Source: Paraspadella gotoi (taxonomy: Eukaryota; Animalia; Chaetognatha). From it: a DNA stretch of 64,000 nucleotides. Positions 53,013-64,000 of the stretch are shown here, in pieces. The position numbers and the translations under genes are program-made. The DNA lies in contig CM119270.1 of the NCBI GenBank assembly GCA_051294375.1, positions 11,848,416 to 11,912,415 on the forward strand, given 5' to 3'. Positions within the stretch are counted from its first letter, which is position 1; every line of letters begins with the position of its first letter. The notes below the pieces were generated by a model. It made no database searches. It was not told where the DNA came from and was given only the letters and a program-made list of their open reading frames with translations.

Positions 53013-55893
53013 TTTGTCGTTGTAATTGTTGTTGGTATCTTAATTGTTGTTGTTATTGCGTCGTCGTGAGTTTTAGTACTTCATGGGACAGATTTGGATA
53101 TTACTTCCTTTACAAGGTTTTATAATTATAGTTTTTATTTTGACGAAGAAATAACAAATAGTCGTGAGAAACAAAAGATTTGTTTTACTAAAATTATTTA
53201 TTATTTTGGATTTTCGTCATGGATTTTTTTTTTTTTTTTATAAAAAAACAAAAAACCAAAATAGTCGCCTCCAGGCAACGCGAGAGAAAAAGACAAATAA
53301 TTGTTCTTTTTTTCTCTTCTTTTCGATTCTAGAAATGCAATTATAAAGTCGAAAGTACAAATCGCTATCTGATCTTTTTCGATTGATCGGTCATATTTTT
53401 GGTGGATCGAATCGCGGTTAGGGTTTGTTTGTTTATACTCGAAATCGGCTTAACTAATAGAACGATTGAATTGGAATAACTTAAAATGGAGATGAGATCT
53501 TGCGTCATAGCCAAAGTTGTGGGCTCTTGGAAAGACTAGTGACGTTAACGGGAGATGACTGGAAAGTTTGCCTTTTTTGGTATAACGAAGACTATTACGT
53601 TTATCAATACATTAGTAATCCGTTGAGTAAAAATAAGATCAACATAAGCCAAAGAGGGCCTTCATTAAAACTTCTTCCCAATCACCTCGTCATATGATCT
53701 TAATATTTTTTTGCAGATTATCCAAAAATTCTTTATCGCATTCAATACCCCTAAAAAGTTATATTCCTTAATTGAGAACAGTCGTTCCATTTGCACCCGT
53801 CTCAAAGCTGTTATCTTTGTTTCTCATTTTTTTTAAATTCTTTTAATTCTTCAACTTTGCTCTTTAGATTATCATTATCCCAAATTTATATTATATTAAC
53901 GATAATTCCCCGCGAAGTGAACCGATCTTGGGCTAAATAAGTTTCCAGTTCATTTTTAAAAGCTTTTTGTTGCTAATTAATTCAACTGATTCTTACATAG
54001 AATACTGCACTCCATTCCCATTTAACATGATCAGGCTATTTCTGAAATCGCCAGGACATTTTTTTCGGGTATAATTTGAAAGTTGAAATGTTGAATCACT
54101 TTGAAACTAACTCTGAGGCCAAAAGCTTCACTAGATATATCTTATAAGCTCCAATGAGCCCACTACCTACCTAGTCAAACCGAACAATTTGTCTTTTAGT
54201 TTTTTTTTTGACTATAAATTAAAACACAAATTTTTTAAATGTAAATTTAATTTCAACGACATTCCCCTAATTAAGATTCAATATTATTTACACAATAAAG
54301 AATCAATAGTTCGAAGCGATAACAATCTGGTAAATCTCAGGTAAATTTTTGGCAGGAACATAACTTCCTGCTAAAAATGAATCAAACCATTAATTATTAA
54401 GGACAAAAAACAACAACAGAATTGTGCTTGCTGCAGATTGAAAGATGACCAGCCATTCAACGCCATTGAATTCTACTGATTTTAGGCTAAAATTAACAAT
54501 TTAGTGATTGCACTCTATTTGAAATAATTAGTGCACGCCTCAGCACCTCGATTTCCTGTGAACCGTTCCGCTATAATCTTAAGTATAACTTCCAAGTATG
54601 TTCCAGAATTTACGGTCATTTGGCGCACAAGACTGCTTGAAAAGGTAACATGTAAAGACCTAAGTCTATAATTTTTAAACATGATTTGGGAAAATATTCT
54701 CTGGAAAATAACGTAATTTCGGAATGGTTTAAGGTAAAAAATATAACTTTGGTATACGAAACCGTTTCAACGACAATTCATTTAAGTCAACGATTTAAAA
54801 AAAAAAAACATGTAAAACAGTTTCTATAAAAAAAGATAATCAAATAGGGAATGATGAGTAAGAGCGAGTTTTGTACATAAGCAAGCTTGGGCAGAACGCT
54901 AGCATTGGTCGAATGCTAGTATCTAAAGATTGCAAGCAATGGCAGATTGCAAGGATAGTCAGAATGCGAGAAAAAAAATTTAAAATCTGTTGGAAACGGG
55001 TTTTACGCTAAAGATATTTTATCACTACAAGCATCAAAATCAACAAGCTACATTTTTACAATGAAAATTACTCATCCTTGTCGAATAGTAAAATCTCTTC
55101 GATACTGGAATATTTATATATTATTGTAGGGAATAAAATTTGGAATGATAGTCCATACGATGAGTACAGAAAAAAAGCATTTAACTAATCAAGAATATTC
55201 TCATTTCATAAGCTGCGGCGTAGTAGGGGAATCAACGTTTATTAATGATAAGATTTCCTTCTTCAGAATAAAAAGGAAATCACTGAGCGTCACGACGATC
55301 CTCGGCGTACGCATTAGTACGGAGATGTACGGACGCGCAGTGATTATGTTTTGTGCGCGCTGTCGTGAGCTTTCGGGTTATATAATCCTAAACAAAAAGT
55401 ATGACAAAAGTAATTGGTACATTAATTAAAGTTACGACAACAAACGTTAACAAGAATTAAACCATAAAAGGAACTACAAAATAAAAAGATTTTTAAAAAA
55501 TGCCGATCAATAAAAAAGTCCTCACCTAATTAAAGCGGCCGTTGGAAGTTGACAAATTACTCGCTGGCTTGTCGAAAGAAAACGGGGGGGGAGAGAAGTG
55601 AGAAGTAAAAAATTGGACGGGAGAGAAGAAAAGGAAGGAAAAGAGAGAAAGGATATGACGCAAGAGAAGAGAAGAAGAGAGAAGAGCAGAATAACTGGAA
55701 AGTTATGATCACAAATATATGAAGAAGAATTGAAGGGGAAGAATTAAAAAGGTAGAAGAAATAAAGGATAAGAAGAGAAAAAAACTAAGCGAAGAGTATC
55801 AGGGTCGAGGAAAAAGTTTGCCTATGTTCTTCGTCCGAAACGATGACGGCTTCACGCCTCTTTCGAAGAGGCGCCTTCGGCCGAACCGCTTCT

Positions 55894-57001
55894 TCAAACC
55901 ATCGTGGAATTGCCGTTCTGTCCGCGACCGGCTTGGATTCTCGTTCGGACGAACGACGGCTTCTTCTTCAGTGGCTTTTTCTCGCCTGGATTTGTTTGGT
56001 AGGGGGAAAAAGTGTCGGTTGTAGTTTTGATTTTTGGTAGTGTAAGGGGAATAAAAACAAAAATATTTAAAAAATACATCAAGTCATTTAAAAAAGCGCA
56101 AACTACTAATAAACATGTCAACGTAAAATCTGGTTTTCGGAGGATGCAATTCTTAATTTATTTTGAAAGAAATAGTATGAAAGTGGGAGATAGTACAACA
56201 TTAATTATCTTAAGGGAAAGAATTCGTTCATACTGGCTTTGTTAAAAATACAAGTTTTTTATAACCCAAACGCTTCAATCAATTTATTCAAAAATGACTG
56301 TACAACAAAGGGATCGTTTGACATAAACACAAGATACAAAACTCCGCAAAACGAACCAAAAAAAAAAAAAAATCATTTCAACATTTTAAAAATATTTGCA
56401 AAAGAAATAGTGCCGAGCGCCGCAATCGACTCCGACCCAAACCAAGTCCGCCATTTTCTTTTCGGCGTCGATGCGTACGGCGAGGCAGAGTCTCGTAGCG
56501 GCGGCGGCGTCCACGCCGATTTCAGCGCCGCGCAACCGATTCCACGCCGCAGTCGGCGTCAGCGTCTCCGGCGTTCTCGATTCAACTCCGCCGGCGTTGA
56601 ATTTGATGGAATTGCGGCCGGCGCCAACGGGAATGCGAGCGCCCAGCCAGACGAAGAGGGGAGACGAATCGGAACGGGCGGCTAAGGTCGTGATTGTCTC
56701 TGAGACGGACATATATATGACATTTAAAGACAATTAACAATTTAAGTTTTATTTCGTAATTTTTTCCCCCCATTAATAAGTAACGCCGGAAAAGTCAAAA
56801 ACCTTTCGGGATCCACTTTGCCCTCTCCTGATGCGGCTGCGGCAGAGGAAGATGCGCCATCTGCGTCGAACAAAATGCGTGAGCGTCTTCCCACGTTTTT
56901 TTATCTTCGCCGACGGAGAAACAACTGGAGTTACGCGAGAGACAAGAATACATTTCCGTCGCCTTCGCGGCCATTACGTAATTCAGCGCGTAGAATTCCA
57001 T
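55894..57001 (-). CDS. C-type lectin domain exons (57001-56803, 56681-56400, probable last exon 55985-55894)
   Basis: CF....KTWEDAHAFC....AHL, then VWLG, CLAV..LVW.GVDC.ARHYFFC: the C-type lectin consensus; the first two exons join in phase 1. Confidence 0.75.
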
Positions 57002-57469
57002 CTGTTACGTGCGAACTGTTCATTAAAGCTTTGTTCATACATAAGATTCGTAAAGAGTTTTGACCTGCAACTGGTTGTACTTTATTCGATAGTCAAAAGC
57101 GAAGGCAAAGATCAGGAAGGAAAGTAAAGTTAAGACGCACAAGCAAAGGTATTTGCTTGCCTTGAGATAATCGCTAATAGTTAAAGATGGCATCTTTTCC
57201 CGCTTGCGCATCGATCTTCGGCAATATTCCTTCCCTAAATAAAAGGTTATGTTTCAAATCGGAATTTATAACTAAAGGGAAATATATGAGCGCGACGAAC
57301 CATTGGGATTTTCGTCCTCCTTTTGAACGATCTCTCCGGTCAAATCGCTTAACGAGGGTCGTTTGTAATTTAATTCGGGAACTGTCAGCAAAACCTGACA
57401 AAAATCTGCAAATTATTGTAAAGTGTAGAAAGTAAACAAACAAACCAGTCGGGTAAATAATTCACTCAT

Positions 57470-59003
57470 TTCTAAATACATAAAATTTCCGTCTTCAAGA
57501 AGCGACGCGAACCTGAGCGCTGCCTTGGGAATTGGAACGGCGTTGCCGGCCATATTGCAGATCGGGTAAGGAAGCGTTGACTCTCCGCAATCCGACGGGC
57601 GGGTAAGGATCTTTTAACCGAAAGGAGTCGCTGTCATCGGAGCGACGAGGGATCCCGATAGCCTCAATAGGATTCGAAGTACTAAATATTTTGACAAATT
57701 AAGTTATAAAGTTATAAATTGATATCAAATAATGCCGACCCGTCAACTACGTCGACGCCGGCGATGTCTTCCCCCACAAATGCGGCGTTGTTTACGCCGA
57801 TACCCATCGGCAACGCCGCGGCTCCTAAGGTTCCGGCAGACGCGAAGCCTACTTGAGGGGAGGGAAGCGAAACGCAGCCGGAGACGCGACCGGAAAATCG
57901 GCGCCGGAATATGCGTTTGCCGTTTTTACCCTGGAGGACGGATGTAGTAGTAGATGTTGTAGTAGAGCTCGTGGAAGAATAAGACCAATTATACGGGGAG
58001 AATAATATGAATCCGACCGGACGAAACAGGCCAACGCAAGATTAGAACAATAATGGGGGAGAGAATCAGCAGACTCCACTGGAAGAATTTATTAATTTCA
58101 AAATTACTTGTTTCACTATTTTAAGTTTTAGATATCGTAATTAGCCTTTCTTTTTTGTTGTTACTTGTTAGTGTTAAATTTTAATGGGAGAATAACGAAA
58201 TTCGTTTTAACTACAATTGTTTTTATTATTGCAATAAAAATCGGACATCGAAATCAACATGAGTCGAAACATGTCCAATTTTTATTGTAATAATAAAAAC
58301 AATTTCGTTATTTAAAATAGATTAGATTAGATTAGATTTTAAAATATTAAATATAATTATTTATGACAACTAATATTAATTTAGGTCCTTATATAATAGA
58401 AATACTAAATCTGGCATCAAGAATTGAGAAAAATGATGACTCAATGAGAACGGATGATTGCAAACATCTGCAATAATACCATCAACCTTTCCCTGCAGAT
58501 ACCTTTTGACGCAAAGACGCTACGAATGAAGAGCGTCGTGATTTTCCGCGTTCGTCCGTGATGAAGACGGGTGGAACCTTGAGTCTCGCGGCGCCGGGGA
58601 GCGTCGATTCGACGCCGTTCGAGGCCAGAGACGGCGTCGCTTTTCTAGCTTTTGGGAGTTTAAGGTCTGACTTGACGCGAAAGAAGGCCGAAGGTGGTGG
58701 CGCCAAATTTTTGTCAAAGAAAGCGCCATTTGCGGCGTCGAATTGATGTTTATCGGGAACGAAACCCGGAGTCGATGACGTCGAATCGGAAGAGAAGCGC
58801 CGCGGCGCCCACAAGTGCGTAGAGCCGCCAAACATAGCGCCGCGGGTTTCGAATCTCGCGCCGTGAAAGGCTTGGGCCGCGCCTACGTCGTCTGCCGAAA
58901 CCCAACGGCGCCACTGAGCGAAAGTGATAGTAGGTGGCGTTGGGGAAGATTCTAGGTCGCGCAAGCGATCTTCGTGAGCGTCTATGTTACTAGACGCGAT
59001 AGC
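57470..59003 (-). CDS. Probable upstream exons of the C-type lectin gene (structure unresolved)
   Basis: GC-rich islands on the - strand, including the 58482-59030 ORF (DAHEDRLRDLE coiled-coil-like) with plausible splice sites; phases not fully resolved. Confidence 0.35.
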
Positions 59004-60212
59004 TTGGATTAGAAAAAAAAATATTGTCAAACTTATTTTTATAATATTTTATGCGCCGGTCGCAGTTTCTTTCGAAAACACCTTGTCGAAGAAGAGTCAC
59101 TACAAGGAGTTTCAAGTAGCCAATGCAATTTGGCACCGAGCGAAAAGAAACCTCGAGGAATATTCCAGAAAAATGAGTGACTCGTAAATATGTTTTTACT
59201 CCTAAAGAAAGTTTTTTTAGGAAAATAATCGAGAAAAGATTATCTCAATAATAATTTTTTTATGACTTCTCTCTCTCTCTCCTTCCGTGACGTCACGAAA
59301 ATGAGGAAATGAAGGAGCAGGTCTCGGCCGCATTAGATTAGATTAGCCTATGTATAGGATTACTTATAGTTTAATGATTTTAATAAACTTTTGAAATAAA
59401 CATAAATAAACATTTATGACAATGTATATTAGAAGGTCAACCGAACTAATAGAAATATATATATTTTTTAAATAGTACCTCACTTCGAGCTGGAGAACGA
59501 GAGGCCACAAAAAATTTAAAGATCTTGTTATACACGAGTCACTCGCATAATAAACTAATAATGAATTTAATTACTCCTCACCGCCGATAGAGTATCGCCG
59601 CGAAGGGGGCGTTGCCAGGAAACCGCAAGACCCTTCGCTTCTCCCGTAGGTTTCTCGTTGTCGTCGTTGTTGTTGTCGCTCACGCCGGTGATACATCGGC
59701 GACAACTCCAACTGACGCATAAATTTATACCGTAATTGAAACGAACTATCTCACAGAAAAAAAAACAAAAACCTTTGCTGAAAAATCAAAGTCTAAATCC
59801 GAAGGTGGGCAAACGTGAGCGGAAATTTTTGATTTAATTCCTTCCGCCGTTTGATTCTCCCCCGCCCCCCCATTTCAATTCGACATTATGTAAAACATAC
59901 AAAAAATGCATGAAGCGGCTTATTTTTCGGGTGGTTGAGCTCAATAAATCGATAATACGGTTATTTGATACCCAGGAAAAAACCTCGAGTTGACTTATAA
60001 AAAAAAAATTATGTTTATTTTAAATCGCGTGTGGAATGAAAAAGTAAATAACTTCTGTAAAAGAGTTTACCCTTTTTCATTTTTTTTTTAAATATTTTTT
60101 TCTCACTGTGATTTGTCGTTCGTTTGCCGGCGAATTCCAGTTGTCCGTCAACACGACGTCATCGATTCCGGTCAATGAACTCCACGACGACGATCCAGAG
60201 ACATTGGCGGCG

Positions 60213-63200
60213 TCAGCCAGTAACATTCTGCTCGAGGGAGATGCCGCGTTCGCGCGGGTGGTTCCCCGCCACCTCATCTCTCTGAATCACGGAAACCGAA
60301 TTAGCTGTATCAATATGCCCACGCGGTTTAAATCCACTGGCAGGTAGAAATGACAGTTTTCGCAAAGGTTTTATAAATAAAGAGCGATATAAAATTGGGA
60401 AAAAATTCAAAATATTGGAGAAAATTCGGAAGTAAGGTAATTCTTAAAACCGGGTAAGTTATGCGAAACGAGCAGGAAAGAAAAACCCATCGTGGACAAT
60501 AAGATATTAGATTTCCAGTTCCAACCTGCGAATCTTCGAGAAAGCGATCGATAGAAGGTTCTCGTCGTCCGATTTCGGACCGGGTCCAGGTTCTCGAAGA
60601 AAACGAGGTGCGGCTGGGCTCGAACGCGGTTCCATCTGGGAGTCGCTTCTCTTTTTCAAGTTCTCTTACGTCGGAATCCTTTTGTCATCGACCGAGGGGA
60701 ATTAATGCGGAATTCAGAGTCTCGCGCTTCGAAGAAAATTCAAGTTTTCCACAAAAAAAAAATTCCCGGATTGAAAAAATATATTTTTTTTTACAAAAGA
60801 CCAGATCGAAAAAGTGTTTAGTTGTACGCAAGTGGTTCAACTTAACGATTTACGCGTCGAATAATAGCGAATCGTAATCAAACGGACGCAATCCCAAGAA
60901 AAATAAAAATAAAATTATTATAATAAAATAAAATTTAAAGTTTGAAATAAAACCGCTATTGTACTTGTAGTGAAAACTGACGAAACGAGTAAATTATTCG
61001 TGACGTTAATAAGAAATAAATCGTTTGAATGTTAAAAAGTTTAATATGACATAAAAATTGATTGAATAACACAAATATGAAGCAAACAAGTCCTATGGTT
61101 AGAAGCGTCTCCTTATTAACGAGCGAGGAGATTAACGGCTTAAAATAAATAAAGTAGGCAAGCATCTGCCAATCATCTCGTCAAGATGCGTCAGGATTGT
61201 GGATTAAAGATTTAGGTCACTCCGACCAGGGATTCGGCGAACGGCATATGGAATGTAATAATATGGAATCGGATCGGAGAATTTCTATCGCGCATAACGA
61301 AACGAAAAGTCTTTATTATATCGAGAACAACAAGGTTGTACGAGTTCGAGACGTCGGTTTGTTACATTGTGATCGAGTTACGTCGACGCAAAAGTAGAAT
61401 AAATTCGAATATGGTAATTACCTGCGAGTTTTCGTGAATCTCCGGAGACACAAAAGGAAAACGGGCGTAAACACGCGTCAGCAAAAATATAGGGTCTGGA
61501 TGTAAATAAACCGTTGTGGCCGGGATAATCCTTGAGATTGAACTACTTTTTACCCAAAAAAAAAAATCTTTGGGGAGAAATTGATTTTTGCCTAACGCTA
61601 TTTCGAGATGATATTTTTTTCTTAAGATTTATGGAAAGGAAAAAAAAATTTAAAATTTAAAATTTAAAATTTAAAATTTAGATTATTCTAAGCTCAGGTA
61701 AAATATTTTCTACCAGCAATAATAAAAGCAGGAACAGTCATTCCTTCACATGCCAAAGATTTAACTTTGGTTTTATAAGTTTAAAAAAATCTTATTTTAC
61801 AACACAGAAAATCATGAACATCACTTTCCATAAATGCGGTTAAAAAGATGATTGCATCCTCCAAAAAACATTATTTTCAACGAACTAATAACTAAATTTA
61901 CCGAGATTCCCAAAAATTTAAAGCATGCAGGAAATTCCGGTTATTTTTCTTCGTGAAATTACGAATTGTATCGTAGTAATGCGCCAGAAATCACGCAAAA
62001 AGAAAATATTGAAGCGAAGCTTGGATAATACAAAAACAGAAGTCTTAATTGACAAATGACATTGTCAAAAACTTCAGTTCGGAAATAAATATATGTAAAA
62101 AAAAAAGATCGTCCAAAAAATTTCAAAAACGAAAGAAACATAATGAGAAAATCGCCGAAAGAACAACTCACCCCTCAAGAAAAATAACCGGAAGTAAACA
62201 GGGTAGTATGATTTTAGGAAATAAGACATTACCTCCTCCCTCCCTCGAAGCGGCGAGGTGAGGATAGAGGGCGGACTCACCGTCCAAGGGCGTCTTGCCG
62301 TCCACGCTGTCTCCCTCGCCGTCTCGGTCCTTCATCGCTTCGTCCTTCTCGTCGCAGAACTGATCCCACAGTTTTTCTATGAGCGTCTCGACGACGAGGC
62401 CTCCCACGTTCATCTCGATCATCTGTTCGGGGTTGGGGGGGGGGTTGGAGAAGGGGGAAAGTGAGAAATTTTGCAAGTGAGAAGCGAGGAAACGGGCGCT
62501 ACTGATGTTGAACAGCTCGCGGCGTCGTTTTCCACTGGGGCCATTTTGTTAGAATTAAAACGCGTTGTAAACGCGCAATCTCTTTTATAGCCTGGTGTGG
62601 TGGTATATTCACACCGCCTCACGTCCGTCATCCTCCAGCCAAATCCATTGGCTCAGAGGGGGAACACACCATCCCAAGCGTAGTGTTCCATCCACAGTCC
62701 TCACGACTTCCCTCTGTGTTGGCAAAGCGAGACCTCCTAGGGTAACCGCGCCAGTGACTGGAGGCGTCACTGAGGGTCGGAAGCCCCCAAAGCCAACAGT
62801 GAGATGCCCCATTCCAATGGGCATCACAGGCAACCCGGCTGTTGCCATAAGTGGTGAGCCCTACTATCGAACACGCAGCCTTCTCAGGGTACGCTACGAC
62901 AAACGCCTATGCCCTGCCGACTTTGGGTACGCTACGACAAACGCCTATGCCCCTGGGTACGCTACGACAAACGCCTATGCCCCCACAACTCGCGCTCTCT
63001 CTCTCTCTCCCACTATGGTAACAGTCTTGTCAGACACCTCTCAGGCTTGAGGAACCTGAGTGATGTCTTGGCCCGGGGATCCTGTGGTGGTATATTCACA
63101 CCGCCTCACGTCCGTCATCCTCCAGCCAAATCCATTGGCTCAGAGGGGGAACACACCATCCCAAGCGTAGTGTTCCATCCACAGTCCTCACGACTTCCCT

Positions 63201-63566
63201 CTGTGTTGGCAAAGCGAGACCGTCCTAGGGTAACCGCGCCAGTGACTGGAGGCGTCACTGAGGGTCGGAAGCCCCCAAAGCCAACAGTGAGATGCCCATC
63301 CCAATGGGCATCACAGGCAACCCGGCTGTTGCCATACTGGTCTGAAATGTGCACTTTTTCACCCAAACTCTATCCCCCCTGTCATTCGTGTTTCTTTTTG
63401 TTTTCATGAAAGGTTTCAATCTAACATTTAACTCCCCCTTCCATTCAACTCGCCGTTTTCTGTTTCAAATTAACTCCATCACTGATACTAACCTGAAGAA
63501 CGAAAATGCCGTCTCTTCTAAGGTACTCTTCCGTGAACATATTGACGTCGTTCATGTCTGGATCGT
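60213..63566 (-). CDS. inx: Innexin-family gap-junction protein, 3' exons (gene continues past the window end)
   Basis: Exons 63566-63493 and 62422-62281 splice to FTEEYLRRDGIFVLQ|MIEMNVGGLVVETLIEKLWDQF, matching the innexin C-terminal motif F...YL..DGVF.L..I..N.G......L...LW. Exon 60635-60526 and a last exon ending at 60213 are tentative. Confidence 0.75.
62596..63336 (+). mobile_element. TRIM-like miniature LTR retroelement in an innexin intron
   Basis: Near-identical ~254-bp direct repeats 62596-62849 and 63083-63336 (TGTGG..CCATA); 4-bp TSD CTGG; PBS-like TGGTGAGCCC 2 nt after the 5' repeat; non-coding interior. Confidence 0.75.
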
Positions 63567-64000
63567 CTGTTTCAATGAAAATAAAATGGGGAAAAGGGTT
63601 CGTGAAAAGATTATTAAAATCTTCAGGATTAGTCCCCACTATACATAAAGTCTGGAGTAACACGGAAATATTAATCGTGAACAGAAAAAGCTGGTGAAAG
63701 TTAAAAACTTCCGAATACATGCATTCAATGAACTGGGCCATAAGACAACCTTTAATTGCTCAAAAAATACATAAATTTACTAGAAGGATGTGAATGGAGA
63801 GAAAAGTACGACCGTAACAAATAACAACTTTAGTCTAAGTGTAGTGCGAGTTGTCCTTGAAAGAGATGCTACAAATGTTTGGTTAATCCAAGTTAAAACT
63901 CATGCGTTAAAAAAATCTAAAACTGCTCTCTAAGTACAAGTTTTCTTACCGAGATGGTAACAATTCAAAGGAAGCAAAAATTTTTATGAATAAAAAAAAA

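Noticed and set aside
62168-62544. KCTD/T1-BTB-like 'IEMNVGG' gene starting at ATG 62544 with a TATA box near 62585
   Set aside because: Better explained as an internal innexin exon that splices in frame from 63493 to rebuild the innexin C-terminal motif

Overview
Eukaryotic, almost certainly animal, draft genomic DNA: AT-rich GT-AG introns, GC-richer exons, many (CT/GA)n microsatellites, N-gaps and indel noise. I assembled exons by hand from splice sites and reading-frame phase; no database searches were run. Five loci are visible. (1) A + strand type-I membrane protein with a SUEL/Gal-lectin-like domain, CUB domain, mucin-like stalk and TM helix (1326-28571, 5' end not found), with a ~15 kb repeat-filled intron. 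(2) The main find: a + strand transcription-factor locus (33639-46415). Four common exons (292 aa, starting with a degenerate MADS/SRF-like module) end at a phase-0 donor. Six tandem terminal cassettes follow, each opening at a phase-0 acceptor and carrying a different DNA-binding domain: four C2H2/C2HC zinc-finger sets, one FLYWCH-like finger and one SIX-like homeodomain. This is the lola/mod(mdg4) architecture, apparently built on a MADS-like rather than a BTB module. (3) A complete CLCA-family gene on the - strand. (4) A C-type lectin domain gene on the - strand. (5) The 3' end of an innexin gene on the - strand. Mobile and repetitive DNA includes a hAT-like MITE, a Tc1/mariner-like MITE, a TRIM-like mini-LTR element, a large inverted duplication and a 22-bp satellite.
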